Assembly (NCBI GenBank): GCA_965250285.1
Contig: OZ252299.1
Location: 2,016,001-2,080,000, forward strand
Direction of reading: 5' to 3'
DNA from: Myxococcota bacterium
GTDB lineage: Bacteria; Myxococcota_A; UBA9160; UBA4427
Length of the DNA: 64,000 nt
Shown here: in pieces, positions 11,117 to 21,112 of the stretch
How the letters are laid out: each line of letters begins with the position of its first letter
Position numbering within the stretch: the first letter of the stretch is position 1
Translations under genes and position numbers: made by a program
The notes under the pieces: generated by a model
The model's input: the letters and a program-made list of their open reading frames with translations, nothing else
What the model was told of the DNA's origin: nothing
The model's database searches: none

Positions 11117-12074
11117 CCCGGTCACGCTCGGCCCGCGCCCCGCGTCGAACCGCCTCGAAGCCTCGAGGCGTACGGGCTTCACGCTGCTCGAGACGCTCGC
11201 TGCCGTCATGGTGACGGCGCTGATCGTCGCGTTCGCGCTCGGTGCCTACGTGCAGATCGCCGACACCTCCGAGCAAGCAACGCTGCGGCTGCGCGACGAC
11301 CTGCACGCCGCGACCATCATGGATCGACTCGCCGAAGACCTGCGGTCGGCGTTTCTCGTGGTCAAGCCCGACGAGCTCGACCCGCTGAGCCACCCCTGGT
11401 ACTTCGTATCCGAGTCGCGCGAGTCGTTCTCGGGCTCGGACGCGATCCGCTTCATCGGCCGACGTCACCGCAGCTACCAGCCCGACGAGCACTCCTCCGA
11501 CTTCGCCCAGGTCGCCTATCAGGTGACGACCGACGAGGAGGGCCTGCAGTCGCTGCATCGTTGGGTCGTCGTCGGCCTGCCCGATGCCTACGAGCCCGTC
11601 TTTCCGTTGACCGACGACGAGCGCAGCCACGTACTCGGCCAGGGGTTGTCGGGGTTCACGCTGCGGTTTCTCGACGGCGAGGGGGAGTGGGTCGAAACCT
11701 GGGACTCCACCCAGCTCGAACAGTCGAGCACGTTGCCGATCTCGATCGAGATCGCCTTCGACATGGGTCTGCCGCCGGAGGACGACGGTTTCGGCGAGCC
11801 GCAATACGTGCGCCGAGTCGTGCTGCCGATGCAGCCGCTCGACGTGCAGGGCATGATCGTCGCCGCCGCCGAGCAGGTCGCCGGCATCGACGGGAGCGGC
11901 GACGAGGACGACCCCGACGGCGAGGATGCAGCCGAGGCGCAGGCGCTGCTCCAGTGCATTCAGCAGGCGTGCCTCGGCCAGTTCTCGGGCGAGGTCTGCG
12001 CTGCCGTGAATGCGCTCGGCGCGAGCGCCACGCTCGAGCAGCTGCTGCCGTACGCCGGTCAGGCGGGCTGCTGA
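11103..12074 (+). CDS. gspJ: Minor pseudopilin GspJ-like
   Basis: TG/FTLLETLAA motif, W..TWDS and LP.SIEI segments; acidic/Cys-rich C-terminal extension. Confidence 0.8.
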   Translation: MRRSDPVTLGPRPASNRLEASRRTGFTLLETLAAVMVTALIVAFALGAYVQIADTSEQATLRLRDDLHAATIMDRLAEDLRSAFLVVKPDELDPLSHPWYFVSESRESFSGSDAIRFIGRRHRSYQPDEHSSDFAQVAYQVTTDEEGLQSLHRWVVVGLPDAYEPVFPLTDDERSHVLGQGLSGFTLRFLDGEGEWVETWDSTQLEQSSTLPISIEIAFDMGLPPEDDGFGEPQYVRRVVLPMQPLDVQGMIVAAAEQVAGIDGSGDEDDPDGEDAAEAQALLQCIQQACLGQFSGEVCAAVNALGASATLEQLLPYAGQAGC

Positions 12075-13183
12075 TGACGACGCAGCCGAACCCGCCCACC
12101 CCGCCGCTCCCTCACGCACGGCGACGAGAGTCGGGCATCGCGCTCGCGATCGTGCTCGTCGTCGTGTTGCTCCTGACGCTCGTCGCCGCGACGTTTGCGA
12201 GTCGCGCCATCACGAACGGCCTCGTCAGCCGCAACAAGAACAACGGCGCCCAGGCCGAGGCCCTCGCGCGCGGCGGCGTCCGCCTCGCAACGGGCGTGCT
12301 CTTCAGCGTGCGCACGCGCCAGCTGCTCCAGCGCCTCGGTGAGCCCGACGAGCCCGAGATCGCGACGACCCAGGCCTTCTGGGCCAGGCTCGCCGACGCC
12401 CCTTCGACCACGCGCAACGGGTCGACGCTGCGCATCGTGATTCGCGACACGGCCTCGAAGCTGAACCTCAACGCCCTGCTCCGGGTCGAGGAGGAGCCCG
12501 GCGAGCTGTCTCCGGAAAGCGACGCCGAAGAGTTCCTGATCGCGTTCCTCGACAAGGTCAAGGCCGATCTGGCCGATGAGATCGGCGGCGACAGCGGTCT
12601 CTACGACACACGCGAGATGGCGCGCAATCTGCTCGACTACATGGACCCCGAGGACACCGCGATCGGCGGACGCAACGAGGATGACTACTACCTGCAGCAG
12701 GACCCGCCCCACCGGGCGGCCAACCGACCGCTCCTGTCCGTGAACGAGATCGCGATGATCGAGGGCTTCGATGCGCGGTTCGTGAAGGCGATGGAGCCCT
12801 ACGTCACGGTGCACCCGTTCGTGTTCGCTCAGGGCGTCAACGTGAACAGCGCCGACCCCTGGGTGCTCGCGACGCTCTTCGTCGGCGGCAGCGGCGACAA
12901 GCAGCTCGCCAGCGAGGACCAGGTGCGCGACCTGCTCGAAGCCCGGCGACAGGGCGGCGTCGTGTGCAGCGACGGTGCGGCGGTGCCCGAGTGCCAGTCG
13001 CTCGCGCAGATCCTGGGTCTCGGCGAGGGCGCCGTCTTTCCCGAGACCTCGCTGCCGTCGGAGGGGCTCGTCTACGAGGTCACTTCGGAGGCCACGGTGG
13101 GCGACGTCACGCGGCGGGTCATCGCGACGGTCGACATGACGGACCACGAGAATCCCCTGCTGCTATCCTGGGAGTCGAGATGA
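12074..13183 (+). CDS. gspK: Minor pseudopilin GspK
   Basis: ATG at 12074 (TGATG overlap); ESG/IALAIVL, KLNLNAL, N.PLLSVNEIAMIEGF, VNVNSA. Confidence 0.9.
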   Translation: MTTQPNPPTPPLPHARRRESGIALAIVLVVVLLLTLVAATFASRAITNGLVSRNKNNGAQAEALARGGVRLATGVLFSVRTRQLLQRLGEPDEPEIATTQAFWARLADAPSTTRNGSTLRIVIRDTASKLNLNALLRVEEEPGELSPESDAEEFLIAFLDKVKADLADEIGGDSGLYDTREMARNLLDYMDPEDTAIGGRNEDDYYLQQDPPHRAANRPLLSVNEIAMIEGFDARFVKAMEPYVTVHPFVFAQGVNVNSADPWVLATLFVGGSGDKQLASEDQVRDLLEARRQGGVVCSDGAAVPECQSLAQILGLGEGAVFPETSLPSEGLVYEVTSEATVGDVTRRVIATVDMTDHENPLLLSWESR

Positions 13184-13274
13184 GCTGCCCCCTCGTTCGA
13201 AGCGCACGGGTGTCGCCCCCCGCCCGGCGCCACAGGGCCGTCCCGACCGATTCGGGTGACGAGAGGAGCGCCCC

Positions 13275-14867
13275 GTGCCGATGATGAAGACCGTCCTCGG
13301 CCTCGACCTGGGCTCGCACTCGGTGAAGGCCGTCGAGCTGCAGCAGACCCTGCGCGGCCTCGAGCCCGTGCAGATGCAGCGGCACCCGCGCTCGGAGATC
13401 GACGTCCTCGACGCCGACGGTCGCCCGCAGGTCGCGGCGGGTCTCGCTCGATTCGTCGAGCTGCACGGTCTGTCGACCGAGCACGTCGTCACGGCGCTCC
13501 CGAGCGACCGGGTCTCGACGCGTCGGCTCGAGTTTCCCTTCCGAGACAAGCGCAGGCTCGCCCAGGCGGTTCCGTTCGAGCTCGAAGGGCTGATTCCCTT
13601 CGACATCGAGGACGTCTTCGTCGACTGGATGCTCGCCTCGGGCGAGAAGTCGTCGGCCGTCGTCGCGGCCACCGTCGCCCAGCGACAGGACGTCGCCGAG
13701 ACGCTCGGCCTGCTCGATCAAGCCGAGTGCGCGCCGCGCGCACTCGAGGCCGAGGGGCTGTCGCTGGCCAACCTCGCCGCGGTCTTCGACCTGTCGGGCA
13801 CCCGACTCGTGGTCGACCTGGGGCACCGCAAGACCACCGCGTGCCTGATGATCGACGAGCAGCCGATCGCCGCGCGCAGTATCCCGATCGGCGGACTCGC
13901 GCTGACGCGGGCGATCTCGAAGGATCTGGGCCTCTCGCTCGACGGCGCCGAGCAGATGAAATGCGAGCAAGGGCTCTTCGACACCGGCTTCGGCAGCCGG
14001 TCGCCGAGCGCGCTGGCGCACCTCGACCGCATCGCGCGCGAGCTCCTGCGCACCGCCGAGGCCTACGAAGATCTGATGGGCGGTCCCGCGGCAGAGCAGC
14101 TCGACCAGATCACCCTGATCGGAGGCGGGGCCCGCCTGCACCGCATCGACGAATACCTGGCCGACCGGCTCGGCGTCTCGACGCATCGCATCGCCCTGCC
14201 CCAGGAGGCCGAGGGCGCGGCGCTCGTGGCGGGCGGTGACCCGGTCGTCTTCGCGCCCGCCATCGCACTGGCGCTCCGCGGCACGTCGCAGGCGCGCACG
14301 CAGATGAACTTCCGACAGGGGGAGTTCGCCTACCGCACGAGCTGGCGTCAGTTCCTGATCCCCGAGGCGCGACCGACGGCGATCTGGGCCGCCGTCGTGC
14401 TCGGGCTGCTCGCTTTGATCGGCATCAACTCGATCTTCGTCGAATCGATGCGCGCCGACCGTCTCGAGCAGGAGGCGGCCGACCTCTACGTGGCCCGGTT
14501 CCCCGGCAACGCCCCCGAGCGACCGATGGCTGCGATGGCGCAGGCCGTCGACGAAGCCCAGGGCAAGGCGGAGTTCCTCGGCCTCTACAACGGCAATCTG
14601 TCGGCCCTCGACATCATGACCGAGCTCTCGACCCGCGTGCCCGACGATCTCAACGTGCGTTTCGAAGAGGTGCACATCGATCGCAAGGTCGTGCGGGTGA
14701 AGGTCTCGGGCGAGAACTTCGAGGCCGCGGATCGCCTCGAGAACGTGCTCTCGGCGAGCCCGCCCTTCGAAGCGGCGAGCGTGTCGGGCCAGATCAAGAA
14801 GACCAAGGGCGGCGCCATCACCTTCGGCATCAACATCCCGCTCGAGCGCGAAGGAGAGGCATCGTGA
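13275..14867 (+). CDS. gspL: GspL (PilM-like actin fold plus PilN-like periplasmic domain)
   Basis: VLGLDLGSHSVKAVEL, VDLGHRKT, LIGGGARL, then a TM segment; start could be ATG 13281. Confidence 0.85.
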   Translation: MPMMKTVLGLDLGSHSVKAVELQQTLRGLEPVQMQRHPRSEIDVLDADGRPQVAAGLARFVELHGLSTEHVVTALPSDRVSTRRLEFPFRDKRRLAQAVPFELEGLIPFDIEDVFVDWMLASGEKSSAVVAATVAQRQDVAETLGLLDQAECAPRALEAEGLSLANLAAVFDLSGTRLVVDLGHRKTTACLMIDEQPIAARSIPIGGLALTRAISKDLGLSLDGAEQMKCEQGLFDTGFGSRSPSALAHLDRIARELLRTAEAYEDLMGGPAAEQLDQITLIGGGARLHRIDEYLADRLGVSTHRIALPQEAEGAALVAGGDPVVFAPAIALALRGTSQARTQMNFRQGEFAYRTSWRQFLIPEARPTAIWAAVVLGLLALIGINSIFVESMRADRLEQEAADLYVARFPGNAPERPMAAMAQAVDEAQGKAEFLGLYNGNLSALDIMTELSTRVPDDLNVRFEEVHIDRKVVRVKVSGENFEAADRLENVLSASPPFEAASVSGQIKKTKGGAITFGINIPLEREGEAS

Positions 14868-14934
14868 TCGCCCGGCTCTCGTGCGCAGGCGATGGGCGCC
14901 ACGCTCGCGCCGGTTCGGGCCCTGGAGGCCGGCC

Positions 14935-15486
14935 GTGAACGCGCTGCTCGAACGCCTGCAGGTCGTGTGGCGCGATCTGGCCCCGCGAGAGCGGATCCTG
15001 GTCGCCGGCGCCGGCGGCGTGCTCGCCGTGGCGATCGTCGTCTTCGCCGTGATCAACCCGGTGCTCGACGCCGCCGACGGCGCCTCTCAGCGACGCGACG
15101 CGGCCGAGCAGCAGCTGCAGGCCATGAACCGTCTCGCACGCGAGTACGACCGCCTCGGCGCGCGCCTCAGTACAGTGGAAGAGCGGATCCGCACGAACCG
15201 CGAGCAGAGCAACCTGCGTTCGCTGCTCGAGAGCCTCGCGAGCCAGAGCCAGGTGCGGATCGCGTCGATGGAGGAACGCCAGGCCGGCCGCAACGACCAT
15301 TACACCGAGACCAAGCTCGAGGTGAATCTCAAGGGCGTCACCCTGAGCCAGACCGTGCGCTACCTGCACAACATCGAGTCGTCGAACCGGCAGCTGTCGG
15401 TCAAGAGCCTGCGCATCAAGTCGCAGCAAGGCGCCGACGCCCGGCTCGACGTCACGTTCTCGGTCTCGTCCTTCGAGCCCGCGTGA
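14935..15486 (+). CDS. gspM: Type II secretion protein GspM
   Basis: GGAGG then GTG at 14935; W..LAPRERILV plus TM and ferredoxin-like C-terminus. Confidence 0.85.
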   Translation: MNALLERLQVVWRDLAPRERILVAGAGGVLAVAIVVFAVINPVLDAADGASQRRDAAEQQLQAMNRLAREYDRLGARLSTVEERIRTNREQSNLRSLLESLASQSQVRIASMEERQAGRNDHYTETKLEVNLKGVTLSQTVRYLHNIESSNRQLSVKSLRIKSQQGADARLDVTFSVSSFEPA

Positions 15487-15520
15487 TGCGCGCTCCCCGC
15501 TCGACGAGAAGGCACCCCTG

Positions 15521-16390
15521 ATGCTCGATCGCATCCTCGAATGGCTCACGGCGCCGCTGCCCCGCACGGTGCGCTACGTCGTGCTGCCGATCGCGGCGTT
15601 CGGCCTGATCGTCGTGTTCGTGTTCCTCGGTTTTCCGTACGACGTGCTCGCCGACCGGGCCGTGTCGGCGCTCGAGCGCCAAACGGGCGCGGTCATTCGC
15701 TACGGCGAGGTCGAACCCAGGCTCACGGTCGGTGGCCCCGGCTTCCGGTTTCACCAGGTCGACGTTCGGCTCGAGAGCGGTGAACGCTATTCGGCTGATC
15801 CCGTCAGCGTTCGCCCCGCGTGGTCGCTCGGCTGGTTGACCGGCCGCCCCCAGCTGAGGGCGTTCCTGAAGAGCGACCACGGCAGTCTGGCTGGGTTCGT
15901 CACGGTGGGCCGCAGCTTCGGCTGGGACGGTCGCATCGTGAACCTCGACCTCGGCGTGCTCCCGTTCGCGGTCATGGGGCAGGAGGTCGATTTGAGCGGC
16001 CTCGCCGACATCGACGCCGACGTCGTCTACGAAGACGGCATCGCGACCGGCGAGGTCGACCTCAAGGCCCGTCAGGGTGAGCTCGTCTGGCCAACCGTGC
16101 CGATGCCGATCGAGTTCGACACGATCGAGGGACGCCTGCTGCTGGGCGGCGACGCCCTTGCTCAGGTCGAGGTGCTCGAGCTCGCGGGTCCGATCTTCGC
16201 GGCCGAGATCGTCGGCGTCGTCGGTCACGCCGAGCGGCCCACCCTCGCCCCGCTCGACGTCCAGATCGGCATCGATGTCGTCGAGCCTGGCATGCGACAG
16301 ATGGCCATGCAGTTCGGCGTGCCCCTCGACAGCGACGGCCGCGCCGAGTTCGACGTCGGCGGCACCGTGTCGCAGCCGGAGCTGCGATAG
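15521..16390 (+). CDS. gspN: Type II secretion protein GspN
   Basis: N-terminal TM followed by FPYD, C-terminal GGTVSQPELR; last gsp gene. Confidence 0.8.
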   Translation: MLDRILEWLTAPLPRTVRYVVLPIAAFGLIVVFVFLGFPYDVLADRAVSALERQTGAVIRYGEVEPRLTVGGPGFRFHQVDVRLESGERYSADPVSVRPAWSLGWLTGRPQLRAFLKSDHGSLAGFVTVGRSFGWDGRIVNLDLGVLPFAVMGQEVDLSGLADIDADVVYEDGIATGEVDLKARQGELVWPTVPMPIEFDTIEGRLLLGGDALAQVEVLELAGPIFAAEIVGVVGHAERPTLAPLDVQIGIDVVEPGMRQMAMQFGVPLDSDGRAEFDVGGTVSQPELR

Positions 16391-17352
16391 TGGCCGACAG
16401 CGCCGCAGACGAGCTCCAGAAGGTCTTCAAGACGCTGTCGGATCCGACGCGCCTGCGCATCCTCTCGCTGCTCGAGCGCGAGACGCTCGTCGTGCAGGAG
16501 CTGATGGAGGTGCTCGGCATGGCGCAGTCGCGGGTGTCGCGTCACCTGGCCATCCTGCGCGAGGCCGGCCTGCTCGACGATCGGCGCGACGGCACGTTCG
16601 TCTCCTACCGGTTCGAGCCGCCCGAGACCGGCCCCTGGGCCGAATCCTGGCGACTCGTCCGGGAGAGCCTCGCGCAGGATCCGACCGCCGAGCGCGACCG
16701 GGCGGTGCTCGACCGCGTGCTCGACGCCCGCGGCGACAAGACGCCCAACTTCTTCGACACCGTCGGTCCCGAGTGGGACGCGATCCGCCAGGTCTTCGAC
16801 GACGACGTCCTGCGCGCGCGCGCCATGGCGCGCCTCGTCGAGCCCGGCCTGAGTGTGGTCGACGTCGGCACGGGGACCGGCGTGCTCGCGTGCGAGCTGG
16901 CCCAGCTCGGTCTCGACGTGCTCGGCATCGATTCGTCGCAGAGCATGCTCGACGCCGCCCGTTCGAAGCTCGAGGGGCTCTCGCTGCCGGCGACCGGACG
17001 GCTTCGCTTCGAGCAGGCCGATGCGTGCGCGCTGCCCGCCGAAAACGGCGCGCTCGACGCGGCGTTCGCCCACATGGTGCTGCACTACATGCCGGCGCCC
17101 GACGAAGTCGTCGCCGAGATGGCGCGTGTCGTGAAGCCCGGGGGTCGCGTCGTGATCGTCGACTTCTGCGCCCACGGCATCGAGTGGATGAAACGAGACC
17201 TCGACGTGCGCTGGATGGGCTTCGCCGAGGACGAGGTGCGCGACTGGTTCGAGCAGGCGGGCCTCGGCCCGCCGACCGTGCAACCCACCGCAGCGCGCAG
17301 CCGCGACCGGGATCTGCCCGCCACGTTCATTGCCTCGGCCCGGCGCCCCTGA
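16390..17352 (+). CDS. ArsR-family HTH fused to a SAM-dependent methyltransferase domain (SahR-like)
   Basis: FKTLSDPTRLRIL...QSRVSRHLAILREAGL; VDVGTGTG; MVLHY; VKPGGRVVIVD. Confidence 0.9.
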   Translation: MADSAADELQKVFKTLSDPTRLRILSLLERETLVVQELMEVLGMAQSRVSRHLAILREAGLLDDRRDGTFVSYRFEPPETGPWAESWRLVRESLAQDPTAERDRAVLDRVLDARGDKTPNFFDTVGPEWDAIRQVFDDDVLRARAMARLVEPGLSVVDVGTGTGVLACELAQLGLDVLGIDSSQSMLDAARSKLEGLSLPATGRLRFEQADACALPAENGALDAAFAHMVLHYMPAPDEVVAEMARVVKPGGRVVIVDFCAHGIEWMKRDLDVRWMGFAEDEVRDWFEQAGLGPPTVQPTAARSRDRDLPATFIASARRP

Positions 17353-17363
17353 CCCGACCGACC

Positions 17364-18077
17364 GTGACGCCGACCTCACCGATCCAGGCCGTCTTGCTCG
17401 ACGCAACGGGCACGCTGATCGAGCTCGCGCGGCCCGTCGGTGAGGTCTACGCCGAGGCTGCAGCGCGACGTGGCGTCGATTTGCCCGCCTGGCGCGTGCA
17501 GGATGCCTTCGAGCGGGTCATCGGGCGCAGCGCGCCGCGCGTCTTCCCCGAACTTTCGGCGAGTGGAGACCTCGACGCCGTGGCCGATGCCGAGAAGGCC
17601 TGGTGGGACGATCTGGTGCGCCAGACCTTTCAGGCGACCGACAGCACGGTCCGCTTCGCCGACGCCCAGAATCTGTACGACGAGCTCTTCGCCCACTTCG
17701 CCGAGGCCGCGGCTTGGCGGCTGCGCACCGGTGCGACCACGCTACTCGACGCCTGCGACGCGGCCGGGATCGGCGTCGGCGTCGTCTCGAACTTCGATCT
17801 GCGCCTCGGCCCGATCCTCGACGCGCTGGGCGTCGGAGCGCGGCTCGGCTGCGTCGTGTTGCCGGCCCACTGCGGCGCGCGCAAGCCCGACGCGTCGATC
17901 TTTCGCGCGGCGTTGGCGGCGCTCGGCCTGCCGGCCGAAGCCGTCGCCTTCGTCGGAGACGACCCCGAGAAGGATCTCGCGGGTGCGCGGGGCGTCGGGA
18001 TGCGACCGATCGACGTCCGCACGCTCGACTCGTTGGCCGACCTGCCGCGACGACTCGATGAGCCGATGAACCGCTGA
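17364..18077 (+). CDS. HAD-IA family hydrolase
   Basis: GTG at 17364; LLDATGTL, VVSNFD, KPD..IF, FVGDD...D. Confidence 0.88.
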   Translation: MTPTSPIQAVLLDATGTLIELARPVGEVYAEAAARRGVDLPAWRVQDAFERVIGRSAPRVFPELSASGDLDAVADAEKAWWDDLVRQTFQATDSTVRFADAQNLYDELFAHFAEAAAWRLRTGATTLLDACDAAGIGVGVVSNFDLRLGPILDALGVGARLGCVVLPAHCGARKPDASIFRAALAALGLPAEAVAFVGDDPEKDLAGARGVGMRPIDVRTLDSLADLPRRLDEPMNR

Positions 18078-18208
18078 GCCGATTGCGCGGGCACGACGCA
18101 GCCGCGTGGACGCCCACCCTCCGCCCGATGGCCGCGAACCCGCGCCGACCTCGCTACCCTTGCGTGCCGACGCGGCGCCCCGCCGCAGACACGCAGGAGC
18201 GCACGCGC

Positions 18209-19678
18209 ATGTCGCGCCAACGAAACGACGGCCCGGACGACACGTCGGGCGACGCGGTCGGCTTCTTCGCCGACCGGTTCGGACTCGACGCCACACAGCT
18301 CTCGAACGCCCTCGACACGACGCTCGAACGCCGGGTCGACGCCGCCGATCTCTACTTCGAGTACACGCTGCAAGACGCGGTCAGCCTCGAAGAGGGGCTC
18401 GTCAAGAGCGGCAGCCGCCACCTCGATCAAGGCGTCGGGGTGCGCGCCGTCAAGGGCGAACGCCAGGGCTACGCGCACAGCGACGAGATCAGCATCGAGA
18501 GCGTGGCCCTCGCCGCCGGCACGGCGCGGGCGATCTCGGACGAGTCGAGTGAGGCCAGCTCGGTCGCGGTGCGCGCGCCCGGCGCAGGCCGCGACCTGTA
18601 TCCGGTCGAGCGACCCGGTACCGAGCGTCCGGTCGAAGACAAGGTCGCGCTGCTCGGCGAGATGGATGCGTACGCGCGCAGCCTCGACCCGAAGGTCAAG
18701 CAGGTGATGGCCAGCGTCGTCGCGCAGCATCGGCAGATCATGATCGCGCGCAGCGACGGCGACCTCGTCGGCGACACCCAACCCCTCGTTCGACTCAACT
18801 GCCAGGTCGTCGCCGAAGACGGCGACCGCATCGAGGTCGGCTACCAGGGCATGGGCGGGCGCTACGAGATCGAGCGCCTGATGGATCCCGACGTGTGGAA
18901 GCCGATCGTCGACGAGGCGGTACGGCTCGCGCGCGTGAACCTCGAAGCCGTGCCCTGCCCGGCCGGCACGATGGATGTGGTGCTCGGCCCGGGCTGGCCC
19001 GGCGTGCTGCTGCACGAAGCGATCGGCCATGGCCTCGAGGGCGACTTCAACCGCAAGAAGACGTCGGCCTTCGCCGACCGACTCGGGGAGCGCGTCGCGT
19101 CGCCGGGGGTGACCGTGGTCGACGACGGCACCCTGCCCGGTCGACGGGGCTCGATCAACGTCGACGACGAGGGCATGCCCTCGCAGCGCACCGTGCTGAT
19201 CGAAGACGGCGTGCTCGTCGGCTACATGCAGGACCGACTCAATGCCGAGCTGATGGGCATGGAGCCGACCGGCAACGGCCGGCGCCAGAGCTACGCGCAC
19301 CTGCCCATGCCGCGCATGACCAACACGTTCATGCTCGCGGGCGAAGACGACCCCGACGAGATCCTGCGCTCGGTCGATCAAGGTCTGTACGCGGTCGGCT
19401 TCGGCGGGGGACAGGTCGACATCACGAGCGGCAAGTTCGTGTTCAGCGCAACCGAGGCCTACCGCATCGAGAACGGCCGCATCGGCGCGCCGGTCAAGGG
19501 CGCGACCCTGATCGGCAATGGCCCCGACGTCCTCACGCGCGTCTCGCGCATCGGCCACGACCTCGAGCTCGACCTGGGCATCGGCGTCTGCGGCAAGGAC
19601 GGTCAGTCGGTGCCGGTCGGCGTCGGGTTGCCGACGATCCGAGTCGATGGGCTGACGGTGGGAGGCAGCGAAGGATGA
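18209..19678 (+). CDS. tldD: Metalloprotease TldD
   Basis: GWPGVLLHEAIGHGLEGDFNRK, MPRMTNTFM, CGKDGQSVPVGVG. Confidence 0.96.
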   Translation: MSRQRNDGPDDTSGDAVGFFADRFGLDATQLSNALDTTLERRVDAADLYFEYTLQDAVSLEEGLVKSGSRHLDQGVGVRAVKGERQGYAHSDEISIESVALAAGTARAISDESSEASSVAVRAPGAGRDLYPVERPGTERPVEDKVALLGEMDAYARSLDPKVKQVMASVVAQHRQIMIARSDGDLVGDTQPLVRLNCQVVAEDGDRIEVGYQGMGGRYEIERLMDPDVWKPIVDEAVRLARVNLEAVPCPAGTMDVVLGPGWPGVLLHEAIGHGLEGDFNRKKTSAFADRLGERVASPGVTVVDDGTLPGRRGSINVDDEGMPSQRTVLIEDGVLVGYMQDRLNAELMGMEPTGNGRRQSYAHLPMPRMTNTFMLAGEDDPDEILRSVDQGLYAVGFGGGQVDITSGKFVFSATEAYRIENGRIGAPVKGATLIGNGPDVLTRVSRIGHDLELDLGIGVCGKDGQSVPVGVGLPTIRVDGLTVGGSEG

Positions 19679-21081
19679 GCTCCGAGACCCCGCGCCCCGC
19701 CCCGCCGAGCGCACCGGCCGTCGCCGACTTCGAGGGCCTCGACATCGTCGCCAAGGCGCTCGACGCGGCCCGCGCCGCGGGCGCCCGAGAGGCCGATGCC
19801 GTGTTCCTCGACGGCCGTTCGCAAGAGGCCCGCGTGCGCGGCGACGAGATCGACTTCGTCAAGCAGGCCCATGAGAAGGTGCTCGGCATCCGCGCGCTGG
19901 TCGAAGGCCCGGGCGGCCTGCGCTCGGCCACGACCTCGACGTCCGACGTGATGGGCGACGCCGTCGAGCGCATGGCCGAAGACACCGTGGCCCTCGCGCG
20001 CGCGACCGCCCCCGATCCGCACGCGGGCCTGCCCGAAGAGGCGTACGAGACCGACCCCCCCGAGCTCGACCTCTTCGACCCGGGCGACCGTCACGTCACG
20101 ATCGAGGCCCGCATCGAGGACGCGAAGCGCGCCGAGGCCGCCGCGCGCGCCGTCGACGCCCGCATCACCAACAGTGAAGGCAGCGAAGTGTCCTCGGGCA
20201 CGACCCGCATCGCCTACGCGAACACGAAGGGCTTCGCCGGCGCGTACGAAACCGGCTCGCACGCGCTCTTCAGCGAGCCGCTCGCCGTCGAAGGCGAGAC
20301 CATGCAGCGCGACTACTGGATGACCGTCGCCCGCAAGCTCGATGGGCTCGAGGACGCCGCCGAGGTGGGCCAGACCGCCGCGAAGCGAGCACTGCGTCGG
20401 CTCGGCGCGAAGCGCGTGCCGACATGCGAGGCCGCCGTGATCTTCGACCGTCAGACGGCCCCCTCGCTGCTCGGGCACCTGGCCGGCGCAGTCAGCGGCT
20501 ATGCGATCTACCGCCAGTCGAGCTTTCTGAAGGACCGCATGGGCGAGCGCATCGCGTGCCCCGGCTTCACGGTCGTCGACGACGGCCGCCGCGCGGGCGG
20601 TCTCGGCAGCAAGCCCTTCGATGGCGAGGGGCTGCCGACGCGCCGCAACGTCGTCGTCGACGACGGCGTGCTTTCGACCTGGCTGCTCGACAGCTACTCG
20701 GCGCGCAAGCTCGACCTGGCGTCGACCGGCAATGCGTCTCGGGGCGCGGGCAGCGGCCCGGGCGTGGGGACGACGAACTTCTGGCTCGAGCCCGGCGACC
20801 GGCCGCTCGACGACATCATCGCGTCGACCGAGCGCGGCCTGCTCGTGACGGAGCTCATCGGGATGGGCGTCAACCCGACGACCGGCGACTACTCACGCGG
20901 TGCGGCCGGGCTCTGGATCGAAAATGGCGAGATCGTGCACCCGGTCGAAGAGATCACCATCGCCGGCAATCTGCTCGACATGTGGCAAGGCATCGATGCG
21001 ATCGCGTCCGAGCTCATCTGGCGCAGCCGAACGGCTTGCCCGGGCCTTCGCATCGCCCAGATGACGATCGCCGGCGACTGA
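19675..21081 (+). CDS. pmbA: TldE/PmbA
   Basis: ATGA overlap with tldD; ITNSEG, PFDGEG, TGDYSRGAAG, PVEEITIAGNL. Confidence 0.94.
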   Translation: MSSETPRPAPPSAPAVADFEGLDIVAKALDAARAAGAREADAVFLDGRSQEARVRGDEIDFVKQAHEKVLGIRALVEGPGGLRSATTSTSDVMGDAVERMAEDTVALARATAPDPHAGLPEEAYETDPPELDLFDPGDRHVTIEARIEDAKRAEAAARAVDARITNSEGSEVSSGTTRIAYANTKGFAGAYETGSHALFSEPLAVEGETMQRDYWMTVARKLDGLEDAAEVGQTAAKRALRRLGAKRVPTCEAAVIFDRQTAPSLLGHLAGAVSGYAIYRQSSFLKDRMGERIACPGFTVVDDGRRAGGLGSKPFDGEGLPTRRNVVVDDGVLSTWLLDSYSARKLDLASTGNASRGAGSGPGVGTTNFWLEPGDRPLDDIIASTERGLLVTELIGMGVNPTTGDYSRGAAGLWIENGEIVHPVEEITIAGNLLDMWQGIDAIASELIWRSRTACPGLRIAQMTIAGD

Positions 21082-21112
21082 ACGCACCCGGCGCCCAGGC
21101 GAGGATCCGATC

